A stretch of DNA of 64,000 nucleotides, from contig NC_068999.1 of assembly GCF_001194135.2 (NCBI RefSeq), positions 50,902,326 through 50,966,325 of the forward strand. Reading direction: 5' to 3'. The notes under the pieces are model-generated. The model had not been told where the DNA came from. It saw only the letters and a list, made by a program, of their open reading frames with translations, and did not search any database. The translations under genes were made by a program, and so were the position numbers. This DNA comes from Octopus bimaculoides. Its lineage: Eukaryota. Positions 51,701 to 64,000 of the stretch are shown here, in pieces (position 1 is the first letter of the stretch; every line of letters begins with the position of its first letter).

Positions 51701-51744
51701 ACTGAGATTGAAAGGCAGGGGCCAGTTATGCTTACCTAATCTAC

Positions 51745-51801
<57 letters not shown>

Positions 51802-52629
51802 TACGTATTAGTCATAGTAATCAGAGTTACCTTCATAATTTTAATGAATTAGGTGCATATCTTACCATAAAAGGAAAGTGTTACTATCGATCTATTTTAT
51901 TCAAGGTAGGCACTGCTTACCTTGGTGGCATGTCCCTGATATAGATATAGATGTAATAAAGATAGGTAGTCAAGTAGTATGTATACGCAAATATGCACAC
52001 TCACTCTCACACATTAACACACATAAATATATAATTATGAATACAGTTAGCATTGCTTTTTTGTTGTTTTTTTCTCATATTAGCAGATGGTTTCAGAATT
52101 CATCACGATTCATGATTATTTTGGCTTATACTGACACATCTCCAGATACATCAAGCTACATATAATTTATTTACTGTGTGACACAAATTACATAAGAAAT
52201 AATAAACGGCTTATGATTTACTTGATACTAGGAAAAGGAGAAAAAGTATGAAAAGTATAATAAAACTGCTTTTTAATCCATTTAATAAGAATATTACTAT
52301 ATTAAAATGAATAATTCATATATCGAAAGTTTTTTTCTTTCTTTTCTTTTCTGTAAATTAAACGAAACTTTCAGTTGATACTGTATTTATATCGTATGAA
52401 ATATAATAGACTTCTGAATATGTATGAAAAGGTAATTGTAAAAATCATCCTTCATAAATAATTTGTAATAGAATAAATTCTATATAAGTGAGTAGATTTA
52501 AATATTCGTTTATAATATAGTATTTATGAATGATATGCAATTTAGAATTTATATTTTAAACAATGAATATTTGATAAGCCGTTTATATAATTTATTCTTA
52601 TTTTGTTGAGTTTTTCTAATAAATACTGA

Positions 52630-52686
52630 TTCCAAATTTTAACACAAGGCCAACAAGTTCGGAGAAAGGGTAAGTCGATAACAACG
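52630..52686 (-). mobile_element. SINE family A tail running into an assembly gap
   Basis: CCAAATTTTAACACAAGGCCAACAAGTTCGGAGAAAGGGTAAGTCGATAAC is the reverse complement of the family A tail. Confidence 0.55.
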
Positions 52687-54403
52687 NNNNNNNNNNNNNN
52701 NNNNNNNNNNNNNNNNNNNNNNNNNNNNNNNNNNNNNNNNNNNNNNNNNNNNNNNNNNNNNNNNNNNNNNNNNNNNNNNNNNNNNNNNNNNNNNNNNNNN
52801 NNNNNNNNNNNNNNNNNNNNNNNNNNNNNNNNNNNNNNNNNNNNNNNNNNNNNNNNNNNNNNNNNNNNNNNNNNNNNNNNNNNNNNNNNNNNNNNNNNNN
52901 NNNNNNNNNNNNNNNNNNNNNNNNNNNNNNNNNNNNNNNNNNNNNNNNNNNNNNNNNNNNNNNNNNNNNNNNNNNNNNNNNNNNNNNNNNNNNNNNNNNN
53001 NNNNNNNNNNNNNNNNNNNNNNNNNNNNNNNNNNNNNNNNNNNNNNNNNNNNNNNNNNNNNNNNNNNNNNNNNNNNNNNNNNNNNNNNNNNNNNNNNNNN
53101 NNNNNNNNNNNNNNNNNNNNNNNNNNNNNNNNNNNNNNNNNNNNNNNNNNNNNNNNNNNNNNNNNNNNNNNNNNNNNNNNNNNNNNNNNNNNNNNNNNNN
53201 NNNNNNNNNNNNNNNNNNNNNNNNNNNNNNNNNNNNNNNNNNNNNNNNNNNNNNNNNNNNNNNNNNNNNNNNNNNNNNNNNNNNNNNNNNNNNNNNNNNN
53301 NNNNNNNNNNNNNNNNNNNNNNNNNNNNATATATATATAATATAGTTATATATATATGATATATATAATATACATAAAATATATATGTATATTTGTATGT
53401 ATTTGTGTGTGAATGTTTGCATATGTCTATGAATTTATGCATGTATGGGAACTGCCTGTGTGTAGGGTTTGGCAGGCATCCAAATCAACGGAAAAAGGGA
53501 AAAACACACCGAAGGCCTTGTGGTGCAAATGCCGTCGCTATCGTGGCTGTGTGTGCAACAATATTAGCTCCTGGAATCTCAGTCAACTAATCTGTAACTA
53601 TACATGGAAAGGATTATGTAAGATTTCTACGCGAAAGCTTTTTATTAAATCGTTTTATGATTCAGTAAACAAAGTCGTTTCCAGCCTCCACCCTGTGACA
53701 AAAGTCTTATCATATTAGTTCGTTTTATTCCCTTTAAGTTTCGTTTCATATTGTTCATAGCATTTTTTTAACAGTTTTAATTTTTGTTTTGTACAATTAC
53801 TTGTTAGATATTTGGAATAACAATACAGCTGCAATAATATGGATAACCTTCTCTAATGTATACTCCAAGATATTAGTTGCAACAAAATAATTCTGTTCAA
53901 TCCATCAACGATATAACAGCTTCATTCTACTTAGCAATTACCATAAACAGAGATAACGTTAATCTGGCCTCAAACGTAATTTTGGTGGACGTAATTTAGG
54001 ATAATTTACCGTTTTCTCTCAAAATCTTTGATGTCAAGAACTCTTTTAGTATGAGGCTACTACACTGTGAAAAGATAGTCTTATTCACTAAAGACTAAAT
54101 TCAGTACAATAGCACTTGTTCAAAGCTCAAATAAGGCGAAATAATCCCTCTAATCCGTTTACTTCAACACCCTTATTTTCTTACACTCCGATTACATTTA
54201 TAACTTTTTAAATATTTTATAGTTGCGATAAGAGCCCTGCAATGAGAAATTTGTAATTTGGTTTCAATTTGCTTATTAGAGAGGAAAACATGATTACAGA
54301 CTCTCAGATTCGTATTCTATACCTGTATACTAATATACTGTGCGTATATAGTATATAATTGACATGTACATGTAGTTTATTCGGAAATCTAATAAATATG
54401 AAT

Positions 54404-54545
54404 ATGTGTGGCTTAGTGTTTAGTGAGTTACACACAGGGCCATATGATAGTTGTTTCAATTACCGGTCTGGGAAGTCCGTTGTGTTGTTGAGCAAATGAC
54501 TTCATTCCATGTTACTCCTATCCTCCTAGCTAGCTGTAAATGAGT
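54404..54545 (+). mobile_element. degenerate SINE, family D-like
   Basis: GTGGCTTAGTGTTTAG (A box) is followed by TTGAGCAAATGACTTCATTCCATGTTACTCC..AGCTGTAAATGAGT. Confidence 0.55.
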
Positions 54546-54591
54546 TGTAGCAAAGCACCACCGCTACGTTAGGGAGGTAATGCTATAATAT

Positions 54592-54597
<6 letters not shown>

Positions 54598-54645
<48 letters not shown>

Positions 54646-55399
54646 NNNNNNNNNNNNNNNNNNNNNNNNNNNNNNNNNNNNNNNNNNNNNNNNNNNNNNN
54701 NNNNNNNNNNNNNNNNNNNNNNNNNNNNNNNNNNNNNNNNNNNNNNNNNNNNNNNNNNNNNNNNNNNNNNNNNNNNNNNNNNNNNNNNNNNNNNNNNNNN
54801 NNNNNNNNNNNNNNNNNNNNNNNNNNNNNNNNNNNNNNNNNNNNNNNNNNNNNNNNNNNNNNNNNNNNNNNNNNNNNNNNNNNNNNNNNNNNNNNNNNNN
54901 NNNNNNNNNNNNNNNNNNNNNNNNNNNNNNNNNNNNNNNNNNNNNNNNNNNNNNNNNNNNNNNNNNNNNNNNNNNNNNNNNNNNNNNNNNNNNNNNNNNN
55001 NNNNNNNNNNNNNNNNNNNNNNNNNNNNNNNNNNNNNNNNNNNNNNNNNNNNNNNNNNNNNNNNNNNNNNNNNNNNNNNNNNNNNNNNNNNNNNNNNNNN
55101 NNNNNNNNNNNNNNNNNNNNNNNNNNNNNNNNNNNNNNNNNNNNNNNNNNNNNNNNNNNNNNNNNNNNNNNNNNNNNNNNNNNNNNNNNNNNNNNNNNNN
55201 NNNNNNNNNNNNNNNNNNNNNNNNNNNNNNNNNNNNNNNNNNNNNNNNNNNNNNNNNNNNNNNNNNNNNNNNNNNNNNNNNNNNNNNNNNNNNNNNNNNN
55301 NNNNNNNNNNNNNNNNNNNNNNNNNNNNNNNNNNNNNNNNNNNNNNNNNNNNNNNNNNNNNNNNNNNNNNNNNNNNNNNNNNNNNNNNNNNNNNNNNNN

Positions 55400-55430
<31 letters not shown>
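54598..55430. repeat. (GA)n-gap-(TA)n microsatellite
   Basis: Directly visible on both sides of the gap at 54646-55399. Confidence 0.9.
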
Positions 55431-55431
<1 letters not shown>

Positions 55432-55535
55432 GTACCACGCTTACAAGAAAGACGCTCTGGGATCGATTTGTTCGACTAAAGGCGGTGCTCCACCATGGCC
55501 GCAGTCAAGTGACTGAAACAACTAAAAAATAAAAG
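55431..55535 (+). mobile_element. SINE family C, 3' end
   Basis: GCTTACAAGAA..CTGGGATCGATTTGTTCGACTAAAGGCGGTGCTCCACCATGGCCGCAGTCAAGTGACTGAAACAACTAAAA. Confidence 0.82.
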
Positions 55536-56384
55536 AATATATACATGAATTGACATCAGTATTCCCATCATTATACAATTGGGGAAACTTGTATCCTTGT
55601 ACGGCAACTGACGAAAAGCCTTATTGGTTTCTGCAATACGACGAACGCAATGAAATCACTTATTACATGCAATTATTGCAGCATATATTGTCAGCAAAAT
55701 ACTGTGATATAGATATAAGTCTTTTAAGAGGAACAATAGCTTAAAGGGAACAGTATATTTATCATCGAATCCCAATATTAACGAAATTGTTTTCCAAATA
55801 TATTGCATTGTGTTTTGAATCAGGGTCATATCGTAGCGATATCTCTAGTTGTTTATTCCAATGCTATAATTTTTATTTGTTCAATAAGCGAACACTGCAT
55901 TTGTAATGGAAAAAAGACTGCGTTCATCGATGAATCATGCCTTTTATTCTTTTAAATATATGGATGTATTTTCCCTCATAGCTAGCTAAAAGCAGTTTAT
56001 GGAATAATCTTAACATGAAATTGAACACGTAAAAAAATGTGCAAACATAATAGAAATATACGCGTGCTTGTGTACGTACGTACATACACATATACATACA
56101 TATATACATACTTAGATTCATACATTCATTCATACACATGAATACATTTATATATTCATACATACGTACATGCGTATATATGTATGTGTGGAGTGTGTGT
56201 AGGGGTGTATGCTTGAGTGTGTGTGTACATACACACAAGTACAAACACACACACACGCACGCATGTTTACATATATATACATCTAAACATATATGTACAC
56301 ATATAAACATACAATCAACCACTGAATTCCATGGTATCTAGAAGCCCTAAAAACAGTTCTCACAATTATTGGTTGTATGATTAC

Positions 56385-56700
56385 TATTATTATCATTATT
56401 ATTATTGAGTGAGAGAGCATTGCATGCCATCAAAGTGACACTAGGGTACAAATATACGAAGCCCAATACATCATGACTACCTGTCTGATTAGGATACACC
56501 AGGTGCATGCGTCATAACAATAAGTGCGTGACATGGTAATGACATATTAAGATAAACAGTGCATGACCTTGCAGGTAGATGCCAGTAGGAAATTTCTTCA
56601 GCTCCAGTAGCCATCCCGCTCAAAATGTCATTGAATAAGATTTGCTTAAAGATTATGAATGAAACTGCCATGTTTCCAGAGGTGAATTATTCAATTCCTC
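56385..56700 (-). mobile_element. interspersed repeat with an (ATT)n tail, probably the 3' end of a non-LTR retroelement
   Basis: A (TTA)n run abuts a GC-richer block (GAGTGAGAGAGCATTGCATGCCATCAAAGTGACAC..CATGTTTCCAGAGGTGAATTATTCAA) that I recall as an octopod interspersed repeat. It is a single copy here and shows no protein motif. Confidence 0.45.
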
Positions 56701-57065
56701 ACAACACAAAGCTCCATCTCCAGTGTGGAGAGAGAGGTATCTATGAACTGAAATCATAAATCAGGGAAATGTACGCAGGTATGCATGAAGGTTTGTATGT
56801 ATATATGTATGCATGTATATATGTACTCATATATGCATGAATAGGGCTGATCATGTGTTTGCACGTGTAAGAGCTAACGCGGGTAAAATATTTCAAGGAA
56901 GCGTGGCAAGTCCTTACGCGTACAAACTTCCCTCTTAACTATTGTTTACCCAATGCAATGCCTCCAAACTGTGTCACCGATGATGTTACTATCAGAATGT
57001 AAAGATTCGGAATCCCATAACAATTCTGTCAACCCACCACTGTCGGTTATACAATTTCATCGGAG

Positions 57066-57165
57066 CTCACGAAAACTCGGCGGAATTTGAACTGTCTGCA
57101 AAGAGACAGCAAGTACCGCAAGATATCCTATCAAAACGCTATTACCACTCAGCCACTTCATGTCC
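57066..57165 (-). mobile_element. degenerate tRNA-derived SINE head (family A-like)
   Basis: The reverse complement has an A box GTGGCTGAGTGGTAA and a B box CAGTTCAAATTCCGCCGAG. Confidence 0.6.
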
Positions 57166-58156
57166 TTGAGTGTTTGTGAATGCATGAACACACACACACG
57201 CAATACACGCACACACGCACGCGCACGCGCGCACACATGTATATATATGTGTGTGTGCGTGCGTGCATTGCTTGTGCGTGTAAATATGTATGTCACTCGG
57301 TATGTAAGTAGGTAGGTAGGCAGCATATAAACCACAACATGGATGTGACATGTTCTACGTTGAAAATTTTAGAAAAGAAAATGAAATAAATCGAAGCATA
57401 ATGTCGATATGACCTGAATAAAATACTCATCCACAAAAATAAACAGGGGGTACCCCTTTCTAAGTGAACGTGTTTCGTGTCCATTTGACAGTTTCGATAT
57501 GAATTTATCGATTATTTGGCATCCTCCATTGTTTATATTGTTTTATATTTCATATTTTATGATTTTCAATTTTTTAAGGTGTTTTTTTTTTAGTTTTTCA
57601 TCAATTTTTAAAATTCTGAGATATTCATGCAATATTTAAATGAATTTTCAGGACACAGAGGAGGAAAATCGTAAAAAAAGAAGAAAAAATGAAAAAAAAT
57701 GTTTAGAAATAAATGCACATCTTTTTCCTGCATATAAAGAGCAACATGTGAATTATCGACAAGCGCCATGTATTCATAGCTTTCATAACTGGAAGGCAAT
57801 ACTATTTCAACAAGATCATTTCAAAAGAAAAAAACCGAGTCGATTGATGTATTATTATAGCAAAAAGTATATAAATATTAAATAACATCTTATAAATAAA
57901 CTAGTTTGTGCGTGTATATACATGTGTATGTGAATGAGTGTGTTTATAAATTCGTAGGAGTGCATATGTGTGTGCGATTGCGTGTGTTTATGTGTTGTTT
58001 TTAATGCACTTTGTTGAACACCTGGAGCTAAAATTTTGTCTGCACGTATTATGACATGAGACCTGACATTATAAAATGGTCCATTGCTATATTTGCTTAT
58101 ATATTTATTGATTTATTTAACATTAAAACTTTCACTCTGAATTTAATGACATATTT

Positions 58157-58159
<3 letters not shown>

Positions 58160-58197
<38 letters not shown>

Positions 58198-58390
58198 TAC
58201 ATATACAGGCACACAAACACGCTTTATATCTATGTATGTAGATACGTCTATTTATATTTCTATGTGTGATTACCTATCGATATATACATACATACATACA
58301 TACACTCACATATATACGTATATATATATATACATACACAGACATATATACGTATATACATACATACATACATACATACATACATACGCT
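58160..58390. repeat. (CA)n/(TACA)n microsatellite region
   Basis: Directly visible. Confidence 0.92.
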
Positions 58391-59198
58391 CTGTTGTTAT
58401 AATAGCTTTTACAATATAGATTTCACAACACTGGAGCTTGAACGTGCCACTTTTGAATTAGGCAAGGAAAAATTTTCGATAAATCATCTCTAATTAGTAT
58501 ACTAATCTCTAATTAGCATATTTCAGTAGATTTCATATTTTCTGAAGCATATTACTACTATTCCTCAATTTAGTTAATATATCACCTTCTAGCACAGGAA
58601 CTCCACACACATTAATATAACCGTTTCGCTTTGCACTTATCTCTGTTGGCATTCATTCAATGATTGATCGTTATATTTCTCAGAATATTATGTTTCGCCA
58701 CCACATGTTCATCTTTAATAGCATTACTTTATATTATATAAATTTGTCCCTCTGATTTACGTAAATCTTTAGAAACATAATTTCTATTAGCGACGGCTCT
58801 GAGAGTGTAGAAAGTTGCCCGAGAATTTTCATTGCAGGGGTGAAACCATTTTGCGTAATCGCTCTTATCTTTCTACACAGCATGAAATTGTATTGAATGA
58901 CATAGTCAAATTCTACCAGCCACAAACTTAATCGTTAAAGATATGTTCGTAGCTGGAGAGTTAACAATGTTATCGCATCAGTAATAAACATTTAAATTAT
59001 ATATGACAGTACATATAATATTTATAATTGAATGATATTTATAGTTGAATTACATTGTATTTATTCAGATTTTAAGATTAACAAGTTTGAAATAGGGATT
59101 ATTGTATGTCATTTTAATGGTATGTTAAACTGGTAAGTTGCATAGGGGACAAGAAGTGAGATCATAATGTGTGTTATAGTGTTTGATAATGAATTTCA

Positions 59199-59380
59199 GT
59201 GAGAGAGTGTGGCCCAGGGGCTAGAGCGATGCACTCAGGATCACTAGACCGTGGTTTAGATTTCTGGACGTGTCGATCGGTTGTATCCTTGCGCCAAACG
59301 CTTCATTTTACATTTCCTGCGACCATTTGACAACCGACATGTGGCACACAGTCCACTTTACAAGTAATGTTGATTTGATG
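59199..59380 (+). mobile_element. SINE family D
   Basis: GTGAGAGAGTGTGGCCCAGGGGCTAGAGCGATGCACTCAGGATCACTAGACCGTGGTTTAGATT..CTTCATTTTACATTT..GTAATGTTGATTTGATGG parallels 46184-46367. Confidence 0.62.
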
Positions 59381-59404
59381 GAGAGAGAGAGGGAGGGAAA
59401 GAGG

Positions 59405-59439
<35 letters not shown>

Positions 59440-60000
59440 CTAATTTGTAGCATAAATATTTCATCACAATAAACAAAGCATCTGTACAGGTTGATTCAGT
59501 AAGAATTTCCGACTCGTCATTCTCCGACTCGAGGGGAGACCAACAATAATGGATTTTATACAGAAAATCTAAAGATAGAGATTTTATAATCTGATTGGAT
59601 ACTACGTTAATTTAAGATCGTCAGTTGTTGTGATGTTCGATACAATTTTTGTTCCGGCTCTTTGTGCTCTAAGCTGAAATCTTATCAAGGTAAACTCCAT
59701 CTTCGTTACCTTCGAGGTCAGAAAAAATAACAATCCGGGGGAACTGTTCAAGTTTCGAACAAAATGCATTGCGACATGTATTCTGCCGCTTCACTTTTTT
59801 TTTTTTTTTTTTTAGCTACAACCGCAATGACTATAATTCGAAAGTGTATCGTCCCTAGACGATGAACTTTCTTTTGGATGAACATCGGTGATGTGTAGAC
59901 GAGAGATATGCATGCAAGAGTAACAGCCATTCTTCTTCAGCATCCTTGTCAAGACCTGCACATACACCTATAAACTTGTGATCAACATTGACTGACAAAG

Positions 60001-60160
60001 GCCCAAGATGTGCAGTTTAGAAATACATTTTCCAACAAATTGGTTTTGACTTCAGTTCTACTAAGCGTTACTTTGGGCATATGTTGCGTGCTTTAGTCTT
60101 GGACCGATTCATGACTGGTGAGTGAAGTAGTAAACGTAAGCCGAGTGGAAGGCCGTCGTA
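60001..60160 (+). mobile_element. SINE family C, degenerate 5' half ending in the internal TA tract and a gap
   Basis: CAACAAATTGGTTTTGACTTCAGTTCTACT..ACTTTGGGCA..TAGTCTTGGACCGA..GAAGGCCGTCGTAAATATA. Confidence 0.55.
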
Positions 60161-61519
60161 AATATACAATATAATATANNNNNNNNNNNNNNNNNNNNNN
60201 NNNNNNNNNNNNNNNNNNNNNNNNNNNNNNNNNNNNNNNTATATAAGATACAGGAAAAAGATGGTTAAGAACTCCAACAGATGATGATGCATAGATAAAT
60301 TTTTGGTTAAAAGTTACTTATTCATGAGATATTTTTACATTTATTATTGTATAATAGGATATAAAATTTATTTATGCTATGGTTATAGCTGTGACACTTG
60401 TCTGAGAAATAAAATTCATTTAAGGAGAATTATATTGAATTGAACTGGTGTATGGAGATGTTAATTTATGTCGCAGAACCTAATAAGATAATATTGCATT
60501 ATAAGCTATGGTATGAATAAAAAACTGTTGACTCTTTGGTCATCGAACAATTGCGCAAATTTTGAAAACATTATGGTAAACATGTTCTCTGTATCTGCCC
60601 CCACACCTTTATTTTCTTTAGGATAAAATCCTTGCAGAAATTCGAGGGCCGTAATTAGAAATATATTATTCACTGTTTGTATGGAAATCAGAGATATTTT
60701 TATCGTATAAATTCCTGTGTTGGAATTTTATTTCTTATGAAACTACAATTGAATTGTTAAAAGAAAAAAGTGTCCAAATTTCAAAGATCTTGGTCACGTC
60801 AGGCGCACCTCCTATAATGTAAAATATACAATATCATATACATATAAAATGCTTTCACTAAAGGTACAGAGCCTTTAAATTCAAGCGAATTTGAACATAA
60901 CATAAAACACTATGACGTGCAAGACAGTAAAATAATAGCTATGAAACTAGTGAGAAACTGGTTTGTGTTGTACGACTATGTTTCGATGTCATACAATCAA
61001 GCATAAATGTATATAACCTTGTAAATGAGCATGGATGTTCAGATATAGATGTACGTCCCCAAACGAATAAATTCAGCGTTACACAAAATTTCGTATACTG
61101 TTATACATACTTTAGGAACTATAGGACAACAGCTTCACCATCATCGACAGAATCAAAACAGCCAGAAACATGGGGAAAATAACAAACACTAGTATATATA
61201 ACGAACTTGTGTTCCACACGTCGTTTAGATGGTGGACAGCGAATAATACAGACGTGATCGTGATACTGTAAAATGACATGAACAATATTTTCTGTAAGTA
61301 GCAGTAGACGCGTGAAGTAATGGTAGCAGATGTACGGTGCTTTGGAGTAGAATGAGATTGCGTGCTTTTCATAAAAGAAGGGGTCATTAAATGATTAAAT
61401 TAACATACAAAACACGTGAAATATATAAAATTTGTAGATATATGTAGGCATACGTATATATATCTATAACTAACTACCTCTATATATGTATCTCTCTAGG
61501 TAATCTCTCTCACCCTCCC

Positions 61520-61531
61520 TCTCTCTCTATA

Positions 61532-61572
<41 letters not shown>

Positions 61573-62365
61573 NNNNNNNNNNNNNNNNNNNNNNNNNNNN
61601 NNNNNNNNNNNNNNNNNNNNNNNNNNNNNNNNNNNNNNNNNNNNNNNNNNNNNNNNNNNNNNNNNNNNNNNNNNNNNNNNNNNNNNNNNNNNNNNNNNNN
61701 NNNNNNNNNNNNNNNNNNNNNNNNNNNNNNNNNNNNNNNNNNNNNNNNNNNNNNNNNNNNNNNNNNNNNNNNNNNNNNNNNNNNNNNNNNNNNNNNNNNN
61801 NNNNNNNNNNNNNNNNNNNNNNNNNNNNNNNNNNNNNNNNNNNNNNNNNNNNNNNNNNNNNNNNNNNNNNNNNNNNNNNNNNNNNNNNNNNNNNNNNNNN
61901 NNNNNNNNNNNNNNNNNNNNNNNNNNNNNNNNNNNNNNNNNNNNNNNNNNNNNNNNNNNNNNNNNNNNNNNNNNNNNNNNNNNNNNNNNNNNNNNNNNNN
62001 NNNNNNNNNNNNNNNNNNNNNNNNNNNNNNNNNTATATATATACATGTACATAGATAAAGAAACATGTGCGTATATATATATATATATATATATATGTAT
62101 TTATAAATATATATATATATATATATGTACATTATATATATATTATACACACACATATTTATATACCATATATATCATATACATATATTATATATATACA
62201 TATATATATTTACATTTATACATACACATATATATATAAATAAATATACGTAAGTATATAAGATATGCTTTCAAGTACGTAAATTTATAAGTGTACATAA
62301 CATACATTCATGTGTATGTGTGTGTGCGTGTGTGCGTGTGTGTGTGCGCGTGCATGTGTGTGCGT
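61520..62365. repeat. (TA)-rich microsatellite region with a gap
   Basis: Directly visible, with the gap at 61573-62033. Confidence 0.92.
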
Positions 62366-63969
62366 AAAGTGATTCATACATCCATGACACCATGTTCTGT
62401 TTTGTTGTTCACAAAGGACTCGAAATTGAATAGATTTAATACTTTAATTACAAATCTGAGAAATATATGCAGACTAAAGCCATCTCTCACGATAAACAAA
62501 ATATTACACACAGTGCTATTATGGCGTTAGAAAATACACTTCATTAAAAAACAGGATCTTAATATCATTAAAACCATCAATAATAGCATAACAGCAAAGC
62601 TAGAGTTATAAATATTACTTATGGCGTAGTAACGAGTGAAAAACGTAAGTAATATAAGTTCGTATAAAAGTATGAGACACATGAGGTTTACTTAAAAATA
62701 AATGATCGTCTGAAAGTTAATGTATTTGTCAAAGAATATTATCAATTTATTTGTACATCAAATCGCCACCTTGACATATAATGGCGTAGCTTTTCCAAAG
62801 TATTCTGTAATTTGATTTATTTCTTCCAAATCATGAAGCATAAGTCTGAAATTCTTAAGTAATATAAGAAATCAATGTTAATGAAGAAGTTGTCTAGTAT
62901 TGATCTTACGGTTATCTTTAACAGATAAAGTTTCATGTTAGTCTAACACTGTACGCTGGCGAGAAAATAATGGCAGACGACGATTGTATTTATTCTGATG
63001 TCACCAGATACAACTTTGGTGTCAATGGATTAGCTCATTCTTTTGTTTATATAAATAACTTTTTTTAACTAAATCATGCAAACAAATATATAATTGTAAT
63101 TACATCTTATAGGAAATATTTAGCCACTTCTCAGCATATCATATACTTTGCTATATACTCCGAAACATTATCGAATATTTAGAATGATCCGAGACCAGTA
63201 AACAATCTTAGTATCTTCTCATGACTCCTTCCACATCCCCAGAAAAGAAAACAAGCCGAAAAAGGAGCATTTATATAGTCACTCAGTCTGCTAGAAACAT
63301 CAGCTGAATTAACTTCAACCCACACCAAACTTTGATAAAATATGAACACTGGATCTGAAAAGCACAATACGATGGTAATAACATGAAGGATTTTGAATTT
63401 AAACCTACTCAGTTGCCCGAGGTGAAACATCAGAAGAGAGATAAAACTGAAATGATGTAGATTAAATTATAAAATAATACGATGTGAAATAATATCTATG
63501 AACAGTTTCATGGGGGATACATAAACTGCAGATGACATATAATAAAGTCGTAGTTGGGCCACTGCAGTAGACACCTTCCAAAGTTATAACTACGACCCAA
63601 TACTGCATTAGTATATGGATTACGGATCTATCTATCTTTATATATTTCTGTTTTTATTTAGAAAGCTACAATAACGAAGTCATTTCACAGACACTAAATA
63701 ATAAATTTCACAGGATACGACCTTAAACTTGACACCGCTCTACTAAACGCAGAAAATTTCTGTCTCACTATTGGCTATAAATACAGTTTTTTCGATTTTT
63801 AAACCACTGTAACTTTTCCCTCCAATTTAATTCTCCACAACATTATACCTTCATATCAATTAGACTGTAAAGCTTTATTTTTATAGCGGATTTTCAGATC
63901 TGTTACTGTCTTTTAAAAAATGCATATTTAGCGAATGAAAAAATCTAGATCCTGAATATATATATGTAA

Positions 63970-64000
<31 letters not shown>

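Noticed and set aside
63179-63430. 83-aa minus-strand ORF as the exon upstream of the 61.2 kb candidate
   Set aside because: It has a good acceptor but ends in a stop, and its only plausible donor gives a phase incompatible with the hydrophobic frame.
63548-63596. GTCGTAGTT/AACTACGAC inverted repeat
   Set aside because: It has only 9 bp of pairing and a 31-nt unpaired interior.

Overview
This is AT-rich, repeat-dense eukaryotic DNA from a gapped assembly, with 14 N-runs, each touching a (TA)n tract. The SINE families and microsatellite load look like a coleoid cephalopod (Octopus-like) genome; that is my recognition, not a database result. I could not identify an intact host gene, tRNA, rRNA or CRISPR array, and most ORFs in the track are microsatellite or gap artefacts. 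The supportable content is a set of decayed mobile elements: a Tc1-type transposon whose repaired catalytic spacing is DD36E (Incomer-like, 15.5-16.5 kb), three mariner fragments, the 5' end of a Buster/Charlie-type hAT element with its TIR, a probable decayed Ty3/Gypsy gag remnant carrying a 15-bp minisatellite (50.8-51.7 kb), about 20 copies of at least four tRNA-derived SINE-like families, and many simple repeats. Worth a second look: the DD36E element, the Gypsy remnant, a 26-bp-arm palindrome, a pre-miRNA-sized hairpin, and several low-confidence candidate exons. I see no well-supported novel multi-gene system.
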